From Escherichia coli (GTDB taxonomy: Bacteria > Pseudomonadota > Gammaproteobacteria > Enterobacterales > Enterobacteriaceae), in NCBI RefSeq assembly GCF_002854065.1, contig NZ_CP024147.1: a stretch of 64,000 nt of DNA. The stretch is one strand, 5' to 3'. Under the pieces are notes generated by a model. It saw nothing but the letters and a program-made list of their open reading frames with translations. It ran no database searches and had not been told where the DNA came from. Below, piece after piece: positions 20,815 to 31,638 of the stretch (its first letter is position 1; each line of letters starts with the position of its first letter). Both the position numbers and the translations under genes were made by a program.

Positions 20815-22351
20815 AATAGTCATTAAACCGAATACCTATTTTGATTCTGTCTCACTGATGTCTATCTCCACGCGTGCAAATAAACTCGACGGCGTCGAGC
20901 AGGCATTTGTGGCGATGGCGACCGAAATGAATAAAGGCGTGCTGAAGAATTTAGGACTGCTGACGCCGGAGCTGGAGCAGGCGAAAAACGGCGACCTGAT
21001 GATTGTCATCAATGGTAAATCGGGTGCGGACAATGAGCAGTTGCTGGCGGAGATTGAAGAACTGTTCAACACCAAAGCGCAAAGCGGCTCGCACGAGGCG
21101 CGTTACGCCACTATTGCCAGCGCCAAAAAGCATATCCCGGAAAGTAACCTGGCGGTGATTTCGGTCAACGGTCTGTTTGCCGCTCGCGAAGCGCGTCAGG
21201 CGCTGCAAAACGATCTCAACGTGATGCTGTTTTCCGATAACGTCTCAGTTGAAGATGAACTGGCGCTCAAGCAACTGGCTCACGAAAAAGGGCTGCTGAT
21301 GATGGGGCCAGACTGTGGCACGGCGATTATCAACGGCGCGGCGCTCTGTTTTGGTAACGCCGTGCGTCGCGGCAACATCGGTATTGTTGGCGCATCCGGC
21401 ACCGGCAGCCAGGAGCTGAGCGTCCGCATTCATGAATTTGGTGGCGGCGTTTCACAACTGATTGGCACCGGCGGGCGCGACCTGAGCGAGAAAATCGGCG
21501 GCCTGATGATGCTCGACGCCATCGGGATGCTGGAAAACGATCCGCAAACTGAAATTATCGCGCTGATTTCAAAACCTCCCGCGCCTGCGGTGGCCCGTAA
21601 AGTGCTGGAACGCGCCCGCGCCTGCCGCAAGCCGGTGGTGGTCTGCTTCCTCGGTCGTGGCGAAACGCCGGTTGACGAGCAGGGGCTACAGTTTGCTCGC
21701 GGCAGCAAAGAAGCGGCGCTAAAAGCGGTGATGCTCTCCGGCGTGAAACAGGAAAATCTCGACCTGCATACGCTTAACCAGCCGTTGATTGCGGATGTGC
21801 GTGCGCGTCTGCAACCCCAGCAGAAATACATTCGTGGCCTGTTCTGCGGCGGCACGCTGTGCGACGAAACCATGTTCGCGGTGATGGAAAAACACGGCGA
21901 TGTCTACAGCAACATTCAGCCCGATCCGGAATTCCGCCTGAAAGATATCAACCGCAGCATCAAACACACCTTCCTCGACTTTGGCGATGACGACTTCACC
22001 AACGGCAAGCCGCATCCAATGATTGACCCCACCAACCGCATCAGTCGCTTGATCGAAGAGGCGCGCGATCCAGAAGTGGCGGTGATCGTGATGGATTTTG
22101 TGCTCGGATTTGGATCGCATGAAGATCCGGTCGGCTCCACCATCGAGGCGATCAAAGAAGCGAAAGCGATCGCCGCTGCCGAAGGACGCGAGTTGATCAT
22201 TCTCGCCTATGTGCTGGGTACCGATCTTGATACGCCATCGTTAGAACAACAAAGCCAGATGCTGCTTGATGCCGGAGTGATTCTGGCGAGCAGCAGCACC
22301 AATACCGGATTGCTGGCGCGTGAATTTATCTGCAAAGGGGAGGAAGCCTGA
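20804..22351 (+). CDS. yahF: FdrA-like acyl-CoA synthetase / succinyl-CoA-synthetase-alpha-like protein YahF
   Basis: 515 aa; CoA-binding-like glycine-rich segments. Confidence 0.8.
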   Translation: MSVKIVIKPNTYFDSVSLMSISTRANKLDGVEQAFVAMATEMNKGVLKNLGLLTPELEQAKNGDLMIVINGKSGADNEQLLAEIEELFNTKAQSGSHEARYATIASAKKHIPESNLAVISVNGLFAAREARQALQNDLNVMLFSDNVSVEDELALKQLAHEKGLLMMGPDCGTAIINGAALCFGNAVRRGNIGIVGASGTGSQELSVRIHEFGGGVSQLIGTGGRDLSEKIGGLMMLDAIGMLENDPQTEIIALISKPPAPAVARKVLERARACRKPVVVCFLGRGETPVDEQGLQFARGSKEAALKAVMLSGVKQENLDLHTLNQPLIADVRARLQPQQKYIRGLFCGGTLCDETMFAVMEKHGDVYSNIQPDPEFRLKDINRSIKHTFLDFGDDDFTNGKPHPMIDPTNRISRLIEEARDPEVAVIVMDFVLGFGSHEDPVGSTIEAIKEAKAIAAAEGRELIILAYVLGTDLDTPSLEQQSQMLLDAGVILASSSTNTGLLAREFICKGEEA

Positions 22352-23757
22352 TGAGCCAGTCACTGTTTAGCCAACCATTGAACGTTATTAACGTCGGCAT
22401 CGCCATGTTTAGCGATGACCTGAAAAAGCAGCATGTAGAAGTGACTCAACTCGACTGGACGCCGCCGGGGCAGGGCAATATGCAGGTGGTGCAGGCGCTG
22501 GATAACATTGCCGATTCGCCGCTGGCAGACAAAATCGCCGCCGCTAACCAGCAGGCGCTGGAGCGCATTATCCAGTCGCATCCGGTGCTGATTGGTTTTG
22601 ATCAGGCGATTAACGTGGTGCCGGGCATGACGCCGAAAACCATTCTTCACGCCGGGCCGCCGATCACCTGGGAAAAAATGTGCGGCGCGATGAAAGGCGC
22701 GGTCACCGGAGCGCTGGTGTTCGAAGGACTGGCGAAAGATCTCGACGAGGCGGCTGAACTGGCGGCTTCCGGGGAGATCACCTTCTCGCCGTGTCACGAG
22801 CACGACTGCGTGGGATCGATGGCGGGTGTTACCTCGGCCTCGATGTTTATGCACATCGTAAAAAACAAAACCTACGGCAACATCGCTTATACCAACATGA
22901 GCGAGCAGATGGCGAAGATTTTGCGTATGGGCGCTAACGACCAGAGCGTGATTGACCGCCTGAACTGGATGCGTGATGTGCAGGGACCAATACTGCGCGA
23001 CGCGATGAAAATTATCGGCGAAATCGATCTGCGCTTAATGCTGGCGCAGGCGCTGCATATGGGCGATGAGTGCCATAACCGCAATAACGCCGGGACGACG
23101 CTGCTGATTCAGGCGCTGACGCCGGGGATCATTCAGGCAGGTTATTCCGTCGAGCAACAGCGCGAAGTGTTTGAGTTTGTCGCCAGCAGCGACTACTTCT
23201 CCGGCCCGACGTGGATGGCGATGTGTAAAGCGGCGATGGATGCGGCGCACGGCATCGAATACAGCACCGTGGTCACCACCATGGCGCGTAACGGCGTCGA
23301 GTTCGGCCTGCGGGTCAGCGGATTACCGGGGCAATGGTTTACCGGTCCGGCGCAGCAGGTCATCGGCCCGATGTTTGCCGGTTATAAGCCGGAAGATTCG
23401 GGGCTGGATATCGGCGACAGTGCCATCACCGAAACCTACGGTATTGGCGGATTTGCCATGGCGACCGCGCCTGCAATCGTCGCGCTGGTGGGTGGCACGG
23501 TGGAAGAGGCTATCGATTTCTCCCGTCAGATGCGCGAAATCACCCTTGGCGAAAACCCCAACGTCACCATTCCGCTGCTTGGTTTTATGGGCGTGCCGTT
23601 GGCAATCGACATCACCCGCGTGGGTAGCAGCGGCATTCTGCCGGTGATCAACACCGCCATCGCCCATAAAGATGCGGGCGTCGGCATGATTGGCGCGGGC
23701 ATTGTGCATCCACCTTTTGCCTGCTTCGAGAAAGCCATTCTTGGTTACGGCGTCTGA
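22351..23757 (+). CDS. yahG: DUF1116 protein YahG (YlbE paralogue)
   Basis: 468-aa ORF, start overlaps yahF stop (ATGA). Confidence 0.75.
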   Translation: MSQSLFSQPLNVINVGIAMFSDDLKKQHVEVTQLDWTPPGQGNMQVVQALDNIADSPLADKIAAANQQALERIIQSHPVLIGFDQAINVVPGMTPKTILHAGPPITWEKMCGAMKGAVTGALVFEGLAKDLDEAAELAASGEITFSPCHEHDCVGSMAGVTSASMFMHIVKNKTYGNIAYTNMSEQMAKILRMGANDQSVIDRLNWMRDVQGPILRDAMKIIGEIDLRLMLAQALHMGDECHNRNNAGTTLLIQALTPGIIQAGYSVEQQREVFEFVASSDYFSGPTWMAMCKAAMDAAHGIEYSTVVTTMARNGVEFGLRVSGLPGQWFTGPAQQVIGPMFAGYKPEDSGLDIGDSAITETYGIGGFAMATAPAIVALVGGTVEEAIDFSRQMREITLGENPNVTIPLLGFMGVPLAIDITRVGSSGILPVINTAIAHKDAGVGMIGAGIVHPPFACFEKAILGYGV

Positions 23758-23764
23758 CCTACAT

Positions 23765-23860
23765 GTTCATGCCGGATGCGGCGTGAACGCCTTATCCGGC
23801 CTACGAATGGCGCGAGAATTGTAGGCCTGATAAGCGTAGCGCATCAGGCAGTCTGGCGTT
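23765..23860. repeat. REP (repetitive extragenic palindromic) elements after yahG
   Basis: gccggatgcggcgtgaacgccttatccggcctac and gtaggcctgataagcgtagcgcatcaggca are canonical REP sequences. Confidence 0.85.
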
Positions 23861-23899
23861 GGTCATAACTCCATCACCCTCTGTAGCGGACATAACAAC

Positions 23900-24850
23900 A
23901 TGAAAGAACTTGTGGTCGTTGCCATTGGTGGCAACAGCATTATCAAGGATAACGCCAGCCAGTCGATTGAGCATCAGGCGGAGGCGGTGAAAGCCGTGGC
24001 CGATACGGTGCTGGAAATGCTGGCTTCCGATTACGACATTGTGCTGACCCACGGCAACGGGCCGCAGGTCGGGCTGGATTTACGCCGTGCGGAGATTGCC
24101 CACGAGCGCGAAGGGCTGCCTTTAACGCCGCTGGCGAACTGTGTGGCGGATACGCAAGGCGGCATCGGCTATCTGATCCAACAGGCGCTGAACAACCGAC
24201 TGGCGCGTCACGGTGAGAAAAAAGCCGTCACCGTGGTGACTCAGGTGGAAGTGGATAAAAACGATCCAGGGTTTGCTCATCCCACCAAGCCCATCGGCGC
24301 ATTCTTCAGTGAAAGTCAGCGTGACGAATTACAAAAGGCGAACCCTGACTGGCGTTTTGTTGAAGATGCCGGACGGGGCTATCGCCGCGTGGTCGCCTCG
24401 CCGGAACCGAAACGTATTGTCGAAGCACCGGCCATTAAGGCGCTGATCCAGCAAGGCTTTGTGGTGATTGGCGCGGGCGGTGGTGGTATTCCGGTGGTGC
24501 GCACTGAAGCGGGAGATTACCAAAGCGTGGACGCGGTTATCGACAAAGATCTCTCTACCGCGCTGTTGGCCCGTGAAATTCACGCCGACATTCTGGTGAT
24601 CACCACTGGCGTCGAAAAAGTGTGTATTCATTTTGGCAAACCGCAGCAGCAGGCGCTGGATCGCGTAGATATTGCCACCATGACCCGCTATATGCAGGAA
24701 GGGCATTTCCCGCCTGGCAGCATGTTGCCAAAAATCATCGCGAGCCTGACGTTCCTGGAACAGGGCGGCAAAGAAGTGATTATCACCACGCCGGAATGCC
24801 TGCCCGCGGCGCTGCGCGGTGAAACGGGCACCCATATTATTAAAACGTGA
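23900..24850 (+). CDS. yahI: carbamate kinase-like protein YahI
   Basis: 316 aa; amino-acid kinase family motifs (VVAIGGN, THGNGPQVG). Confidence 0.85.
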   Translation: MKELVVVAIGGNSIIKDNASQSIEHQAEAVKAVADTVLEMLASDYDIVLTHGNGPQVGLDLRRAEIAHEREGLPLTPLANCVADTQGGIGYLIQQALNNRLARHGEKKAVTVVTQVEVDKNDPGFAHPTKPIGAFFSESQRDELQKANPDWRFVEDAGRGYRRVVASPEPKRIVEAPAIKALIQQGFVVIGAGGGGIPVVRTEAGDYQSVDAVIDKDLSTALLAREIHADILVITTGVEKVCIHFGKPQQQALDRVDIATMTRYMQEGHFPPGSMLPKIIASLTFLEQGGKEVIITTPECLPAALRGETGTHIIKT

Positions 24851-24859
24851 GGACGTAAG

Positions 24860-26242
24860 ATGAAAGAAAGCAATAGCCGCCGTGAGTTTTTGAGCCAGAG
24901 CGGTAAGATGGTCACCGCCGCCGCGTTGTTTGGTACGTCTGTGCCGCTCGCCCATGCGGCGGTAGCTGGCAACCTAAACTGCGACGCGAATAACACCATG
25001 AAAATCACTGACCCGCACTACTATCTCGACAACGTGCTGCTGGAAACCGGTTTTGACTACGAAAACGGTGTGGCGGTGTAGACCCGCACGGCGCGCCAGA
25101 CCGTGGAGATTCAGAACGGTAAAATTGTTGCGCTGCGCGAGAACAAGCAGCATCCGGACGCCACGCTGCCGCACTATGACGCTGGCGGTAAGCTGATGCT
25201 GCCCACCACCCGCGACATGCATATTCATCTCGACAAAACCTTTTACGGCGGGCCGTGGCGCTCACTCAATCGTCCGGCTGGCACCACCATTCAGGACATG
25301 ATTAAGCTCGAGCAGAAAATGCTGCCGGAACTGCAACCGTATACTCAGGAACGGGCGGAAAAACTGATCGATTTATTGCAGTCGAAAGGCACTACCATTG
25401 CCCGCAGCCACTGCAATATCGAACCGGTTTCCGGCCTGAAAAATCTGCAAAATTTGCAGGCGGTGCTGGCGCGACGTCAGGCGGGCTTCGAGTGTGAAAT
25501 TGTCGCCTTCCCGCAGCACGGTTTGCTGCTGTCGAAATCGGAACCCTTAATGCGCGAAGCAATGCAGGCAGGGGCGCATTACGTTGGCGGGCTGGACCCA
25601 ACCAGTGTTGATGGCGCGATGGAAAAATCCCTCGACACCATGTTCCAGATTGCGCTGGACTACGACAAAGGCGTCGATATTCACCTGCACGAAACCACTC
25701 CGGCAGGCGTGGCGGCCATCAATTATATGGTTGAAACAGTGGAGAAAACGCCGCAACTGAAGGGCAAACTGACCATCAGCCATGCCTTTGCGCTGGCAAC
25801 ACTCAACGAGCAACAGGTAGATGAACTGGCTAACCGGATGGTGGTGCAGCAAATTTCTATCGCCTCGACGGTGCCGATTGGTACGCTGCATATGCCGCTC
25901 AAACAGTTACACGACAAAGGCGTAAAAGTGATGACTGGCACTGACAGCGTTATCGACCACTGGTCGCCTTATGGTCTGGGCGACATGCTGGAAAAAGCCA
26001 ATCTCTACGCGCAGCTCTATATTCGTCCTAACGAACAGAACCTCTCCCGTTCGCTGTTTCTAGCCACTGGCGATGTATTGCCGCTGAATGAAAAAGGCGA
26101 GCGTGTATGGCCAAAAGCGCAGGATGACGCCAGCTTTGTGCTGGTGGACGCCTCCTGTTCCGCCGAGGCGGTGGCGCGTATCTCGCCGAGAACCGCAACG
26201 TTCCATAAAGGGCAACTGGTGTGGGGGAGTGTGGCAGGTTGA
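24860..26242 (+). pseudogene. yahJ: yahJ, Tat-signal amidohydrolase/deaminase, interrupted by in-frame TAG at 25079-25081
   Basis: ORF 24860..25081 encodes a twin-arginine signal peptide (SRREFLSQSG...AHA); same frame continues after the TAG into the amidohydrolase domain ORF 25103..26242 (HIHLDKT metal-binding motif). Confidence 0.8.
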
Positions 26243-26540
26243 TGCGCATTTGAAACGCCTGCAACGGTGAATAGTAAGAGATTTAAGCCCCAGGGAGTGG
26301 GGCGGGAATGGTTTGCTAATGAATGATCCTGAACTTTATAATCTCCCGGCATAATTTCCAGGGGATTATTTGAGAGAAATACACAAAAGTGAGTTTTAAC
26401 AAAGGTATTTATCAGGCCATAAATGTGACCTGCTTCGGATAAAAAAGATTCAGTATCGAAAAACCAATGATATTCTTGCTGATGGTTACCAACAGTAATT
26501 AAGATGTGATTTGTTTTTCCGTAATCGCGAAAATATTCTC

Positions 26541-26951
26541 ATGACCATAAAAGAAAAAATCTTACAAAAATATCCCCATGCTTCCTTTTGTACTTTTGGC
26601 GATTCTGCAGCGTTGGCCGATCACCTCGCAACGTTGATTGCGACTGGTGTTAAAACAGCTTCCTGTGGTTCGCTGGCAGGATGTATTGAAGACAACGCAT
26701 TTCCGATGATTGGTGAGTATAAGATTGTAGAAAATAGCCGTGGTGAGCCTGTATGTGTTATCAGAGTGATTGGCCTGCATTTACTGCGCTTTTCTGATGT
26801 CACCGCGGAGCTTGCCCGTAAGGAAGGTGAAGGTGACCTCAGTCTTGAATATTGGCGTAATGAACACCGTCGTTTTTTCCAGGCAGAAGGAAGCTATTCA
26901 CCAGAAATGGACGTTATCTTTGAAGAATATGCCCTTATTGACGTTGTGTAG
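26541..26951 (+). CDS. ASCH-domain protein
   Basis: ORF track 26511..26951; start likely MTIKEKI; small beta-barrel ASCH-like sequence; annotation tentative. Confidence 0.55.
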   Translation: MTIKEKILQKYPHASFCTFGDSAALADHLATLIATGVKTASCGSLAGCIEDNAFPMIGEYKIVENSRGEPVCVIRVIGLHLLRFSDVTAELARKEGEGDLSLEYWRNEHRRFFQAEGSYSPEMDVIFEEYALIDVV

Positions 26952-27201
26952 ATAACTATTTATATACGCGAAATAAACTCACACACATAAAATATCGCTA
27001 ATTTTGTTTATTTTGCTATTTTTTACGTGATGAATGTCACACTTATTGTTGCTGCCCGTTTTGTCCATATTTATAACCATATTTTTAATAGCTGCCTGAA
27101 ATAGGGCTGTTTATTCTGCATAAAAATATTCGAAAATTCTTATTCTCTCCAGCGCGCTAATTTGGGCGAACACTTCCTGACTACCCTGCAATGAGGCTGA
27201 A

Positions 27202-28188
27202 ATGATGAATAAACGTTTTGTTATCAATATGGTGTCTTCGCTGTTATTAGGCGCTGCGCTAATTTCTGCGCCGCTCCAGGCAGCGGAAAAAGTCGTGGTG
27301 AATATTTCTAAAGTCGATGGTATGCCGTGGTTTAATCGCATGGGCGAAGGTGTGGTTGAGGCGGGTAAAGCCTTTGGTGTTAATGCGTCACAGGTGGGGC
27401 CTTCAAGTACTGATGCTCCGCAACAGGTTAAAATTATTGAGGATTTAATCGCCCGTAAGGTTAATGCAATTACTATCGTGCCAAACGATGCCAACGTGCT
27501 GGAACCGGTATTCAAAAAAGCGCGAGATGCCGGAATTGTGGTTCTGACCAACGAATCCCCCGGTCAGCCAAGTGCTAACTGGGATATCGAAATCATTGAT
27601 AACGAAAAATTTGCCGCTGAATATGTTGAGCATATGGCGAAACGCATGGGGGGCAAGGGCGGCTATGTGATTTACGTGGGTAGTTTGACCGTGCCGCAGC
27701 ATAACTTATGGGCTGACTTGCTGGTGAAATACCAGAAAGAGCATTACCCGGATATGCATGAAGTTACCCGCCGCATGCCGGTTGCCGAGAGTGTGGATGA
27801 CTCACGTCGTACCACACTGGACCTGATGAAAACCTATCCTGACTTAAAAGCGGTTGTCTCCTTTGGTTCAAACGGTCCGATTGGCGCGGGACGTGCGGTG
27901 AAAGAGAAACGGGCGAAAAATAAAGTCGCAGTCTATGGCATGATGATCCCTTCACAGGCGGCATCACTGATTAAAAGTGGTGATATCACCGAAGGGATTA
28001 CTTACGATCCGGCCTCTGCAGGTTACGCACTCGCAGCCGTCGCCAGCACGTTGCTGAAGGGTGAAGAGATCAAACCTGGATTAGAAATGCAGAATCTGGG
28101 TAAGGCCGACGTAGATATGGATAAGCGAATTATCCGTTTCCATAAGGTATTACTGGTCAACAAAGACAATATCGACTCACTTTATTAA
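27202..28188 (+). CDS. periplasmic sugar-binding protein of ABC transporter (LsrB/RbsB-like type I PBP)
   Basis: 328 aa with signal peptide (…ISAPLQAAEK); C-terminus …LLVNKDNIDSLY resembles LsrB …FNKDNIDKYDF (recall). Confidence 0.8.
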   Translation: MMNKRFVINMVSSLLLGAALISAPLQAAEKVVVNISKVDGMPWFNRMGEGVVEAGKAFGVNASQVGPSSTDAPQQVKIIEDLIARKVNAITIVPNDANVLEPVFKKARDAGIVVLTNESPGQPSANWDIEIIDNEKFAAEYVEHMAKRMGGKGGYVIYVGSLTVPQHNLWADLLVKYQKEHYPDMHEVTRRMPVAESVDDSRRTTLDLMKTYPDLKAVVSFGSNGPIGAGRAVKEKRAKNKVAVYGMMIPSQAASLIKSGDITEGITYDPASAGYALAAVASTLLKGEEIKPGLEMQNLGKADVDMDKRIIRFHKVLLVNKDNIDSLY

Positions 28189-28236
28189 TCCATTTCTTCG
28201 GGGCGAAAGCCCCGATTCTTATTGCCAGGGGATGTT

Positions 28237-29721
28237 ATGGAAACCTTCCTTTCCCTTCGTCATATCAACAAAACGTTTCATGCCACGCGAGCGCTGCGCG
28301 ATGTTTCTCTCGACTTTATGTCGGGTGAAGTGCACTGCCTTGCCGGGCAAAACGGCTGTGGTAAATCGACGTTGATCAAAATTATGTCCGGTGTTTATCG
28401 CCCGGATGAGGGAGCGGAAATTACGCTTGGTGGGAAAAAATGGTCAAAGCTGACACCCGCCGCTTCGGTGGCGCAGGGGATTCAGGTGATTTATCAGGAC
28501 CTCTCTTTATTTCCTAACCTGAGTGTCTGGGAGAATATCGCCGTGAATCACTATCACCACGGTCTGTTTGTTAACCGACGTCGTCTGCGTGAGGTGGCGC
28601 AGGCGGCAATGACCAGTATTAACGTCACATTGCCACTGGATACGCTCGTTTCTGAGCTTTCAATTGCCCGCTGTCAGCTGGTGGCAATTTGCCGTGCACT
28701 GGCGCAGGACGCACGGTTGATCGTGATGGATGAACCAACCGCTTCGCTGACCCATCAGGAAGTGCAAGGGTTATTACAGGTGGTGCATCAATTGCGGGAA
28801 CGCGGGATCTGCGTGGTCTTCGTCAGTCATCGTCTGGAAGAAGTGATGGAAGTTTCCGACCGTATTTCAGTGCTGAAAGATGGTGAGCTGGTCGGGACTT
28901 TTCCGGCTGCAGAGATGACCACAAAACAACTCGGTTTCCTGATGACCGGCCAGGAGTTTGAATATCAGGTGCGAGAGTTGTGGCAGGGAAAATCCAGCAC
29001 CCCGGTGCTGGAGGTGCGTAATTTAAGTCGTCATGGGGAATATCTAAATATTAACTTGCGGGTGGAAGCGGGCGAAGTGGTATCGATTGTTGGCCTGCTT
29101 GGTGCGGGGCGCACGGAATTATGTCTGAGTCTGTTTGGTATGACCCGACCGGATGCTGGCGAGATCCTCATCAACGGCCAGCCGGTTACACTGCATAGTA
29201 ACCAGGACGCCATCCGCCACGGTATTGGTTATGTTTCGGAAGATCGCATGTCGCGCGGTTTGGTGATGGCGCAATCTATTGAAGACAACATCATTAGCAC
29301 TGTTTTTCACAAGGTAAAAGATCGCTTCGGCTTTCTGAGTGAAGCTAAAGTGCGTGACCTGGTGGACAGGCTAATCAAGGCATTGACCATCAAAGTCTCT
29401 GATCCTCATCTCCCGGTGAATACGCTTTCTGGTGGTAACGCGCAGCGAGTATCGATCGCCAAATGGCTGGCGATTGGGCCACGACTGTTGATTCTCGATA
29501 GCCCGACAGTCGGTGTTGATATCGCCAACAAAGCAGGAATATACGGCATTATCAGCGATCTGGCGGCTCATGGCATTGCGGTATTGATGATCTGCGATGA
29601 AATTGAAGAAGCGTGGTATCAAAGCCACCGGATTTTGGTAATGCAAAAAGGTCAGATCACCCATAGCTTCCTGCCTGACAGCAGTTCTCAGGCCAGGATT
29701 GCGGAGGTGGTAAATGGCTGA
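28237..29721 (+). CDS. ABC transporter ATP-binding protein with duplicated ABC domains (RbsA/LsrA-like)
   Basis: ORF track 28222..29721; start at METFLSL; Walker A GQNGCGKST, signature LSGGNAQR, second degenerate ABC domain. Confidence 0.9.
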   Translation: METFLSLRHINKTFHATRALRDVSLDFMSGEVHCLAGQNGCGKSTLIKIMSGVYRPDEGAEITLGGKKWSKLTPAASVAQGIQVIYQDLSLFPNLSVWENIAVNHYHHGLFVNRRRLREVAQAAMTSINVTLPLDTLVSELSIARCQLVAICRALAQDARLIVMDEPTASLTHQEVQGLLQVVHQLRERGICVVFVSHRLEEVMEVSDRISVLKDGELVGTFPAAEMTTKQLGFLMTGQEFEYQVRELWQGKSSTPVLEVRNLSRHGEYLNINLRVEAGEVVSIVGLLGAGRTELCLSLFGMTRPDAGEILINGQPVTLHSNQDAIRHGIGYVSEDRMSRGLVMAQSIEDNIISTVFHKVKDRFGFLSEAKVRDLVDRLIKALTIKVSDPHLPVNTLSGGNAQRVSIAKWLAIGPRLLILDSPTVGVDIANKAGIYGIISDLAAHGIAVLMICDEIEEAWYQSHRILVMQKGQITHSFLPDSSSQARIAEVVNG

Positions 29722-30685
29722 ACTGAAAAAACGCCATGAATTCTGGCTGGCATTACTGATTGTGGTGCTGTTTGTTGGCCTTGCCTGGCGCAGCGACGAG
29801 TTTCTGACATTCGGTAATTTGTACGATCTCGCCAATAACTATGCCATGTTGACTATTCTCGCCTGTGGTTTGTTTGTGGTGTTGATTTCCGGTGGAATTG
29901 ATATTTCGTTTCCAGCAATGACCATCATTGCGCAATACGGCATGGTGCTGTTGCTGCAAAAAATTGGTGGCAACTTCGCTGTCGCGTTTGCACTGGCGGG
30001 CTGCATCGGCATTTTACTTGGCTTAATTAACGCCTTACTGGTTAATCGCCTACGGGTGCCTTCTATCATCATCACTATCTCGACGCTGAATATTTTCTAT
30101 GGCCTGCTGTTATGGTTGAGTAAAGGTGTGTGGCTGTACGACTTTCCGCCGTGGTTTGAGCAGGGGGTTATGTTGTTCAAGTACACCGATGCTGATGGCT
30201 ATGACTATGGCCTTGGTCTGCCGCTGATCGCCATGATTACGGTGGTGCTGCTAACAGCGTTTATCATGAATTTCACCAGTGTAGGGCGCAAAATTTATGC
30301 CCTTGGCGGGAACCGCGAATCAGCCAGTCGCATCGGCTTTAGCGTGCTGAAACTGCAACTTTTCGTCTATGGCTATATGGGATTGATGTCTGGCGCTGCG
30401 GGTGTAGTGCAGTCGTGGACGGTGATGACTGTCGCCCCCGATTCTCTTCTGGGTTATGAGCTGACAGTACTGGCTGCGGTGGTGCTTGGCGGCACTAGTT
30501 TGCTCGGCGGGCGCGGCACGTTAACCGGTACTTTGCTCGGCGTGGTGTTGTTGGCAGTGATGCAAAACGGGCTAAATTTATTGGGAGTCTCGTCTTACTG
30601 GCAAACATTGATCACCGGCATCATCATCGTTGCCAGCATTAGTGCCACGGCGTGGAGTCAGCATCAGAACCGGAGTCTGCTATGA
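29714..30685 (+). CDS. ABC transporter permease (RbsC/LsrC-like)
   Basis: 323-aa multi-TM ORF overlapping ATPase stop. Confidence 0.85.
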   Translation: MAELKKRHEFWLALLIVVLFVGLAWRSDEFLTFGNLYDLANNYAMLTILACGLFVVLISGGIDISFPAMTIIAQYGMVLLLQKIGGNFAVAFALAGCIGILLGLINALLVNRLRVPSIIITISTLNIFYGLLLWLSKGVWLYDFPPWFEQGVMLFKYTDADGYDYGLGLPLIAMITVVLLTAFIMNFTSVGRKIYALGGNRESASRIGFSVLKLQLFVYGYMGLMSGAAGVVQSWTVMTVAPDSLLGYELTVLAAVVLGGTSLLGGRGTLTGTLLGVVLLAVMQNGLNLLGVSSYWQTLITGIIIVASISATAWSQHQNRSLL

Positions 30686-31638
30686 AAAAATCGTGGCGTA
30701 ATAACGTTGAGTTTTACTTGATCGGCCTGCTGGTGCTAACTGTTGCCGCGTTCAGCATTACTATGCCGGAGATTTTCTGGTCGATAAGTAATTTCCAGTC
30801 CGTCGCTTCGCAAATGCCCGTGCTGGGCATTCTGGCGTTGGCTATGGCGGTGACCATGCTTTGCGGTGGCATTAACTTGTCAATTATAGCCACTGCTAAC
30901 GCCTGTTCACTGGTGATGGCGTGGGTGGCGACTCAGTATCCACCGGGTATTGCTACGGTTGTCGCTACGTTACTGGCGGGCGCTGGCGCGGCGGTGATAA
31001 TCGGTTTATGTAACGGCGTATTGATTGCTGGTATTCGAGTGTCGCCAATTCTTGCAACGCTTGGGATGATGACGTTGCTCAAAGGGATAAATATTCTGGT
31101 GACAGGTGGTAGCGCCATTGCCAATTATCCCTCATGGGTGCTGTGGTTGAATCATGCGCAATGGTTCGGTATTCCGCTACCGATGTGGTTGTTTGCCGCA
31201 GTGGCACTGGGGCTGTGGATATTGCTGGAGAAAACGCCGCTCGGTAAAGCCATTTACCTGATTGGGTCTAACGAACGAGCAACACTTTACTCCGGCATTA
31301 ACACTCGTCGGGTGCTGATTTGGGTTTATGTCATTTCCGCCTTGCTTTGTGCGGTAGCGGCATTTTTGATGATGTCGAAACTCAACTCGGCTAAGGCCTC
31401 TTATGGCGAATCGTACTTGCTGGTGTCAATCCTCGCGGCAGTACTCGGCGGGGTTAATCCGGACGGCGGCAGCGGGCGGATAATTGGTATGGTGCTGGCG
31501 CTGTTTCTTCTGCAAATTATTGAAAGCGGCTTCAATATTCTCGGTATAAGCCCCTACCTGACGATGGCCTTATGGGGAACGTTGCTGCTCTGTTTCATTC
31601 AGGCTCGCGGCATGTTGGGGCTGGATCGGGTGGTTTAA
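30682..31638 (+). CDS. ABC transporter permease (RbsC/LsrD-like)
   Basis: ORF track 30652..31638; start at MKKSWRNN (ATGA overlap with upstream permease stop). Confidence 0.85.
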   Translation: MKKSWRNNVEFYLIGLLVLTVAAFSITMPEIFWSISNFQSVASQMPVLGILALAMAVTMLCGGINLSIIATANACSLVMAWVATQYPPGIATVVATLLAGAGAAVIIGLCNGVLIAGIRVSPILATLGMMTLLKGINILVTGGSAIANYPSWVLWLNHAQWFGIPLPMWLFAAVALGLWILLEKTPLGKAIYLIGSNERATLYSGINTRRVLIWVYVISALLCAVAAFLMMSKLNSAKASYGESYLLVSILAAVLGGVNPDGGSGRIIGMVLALFLLQIIESGFNILGISPYLTMALWGTLLLCFIQARGMLGLDRVV

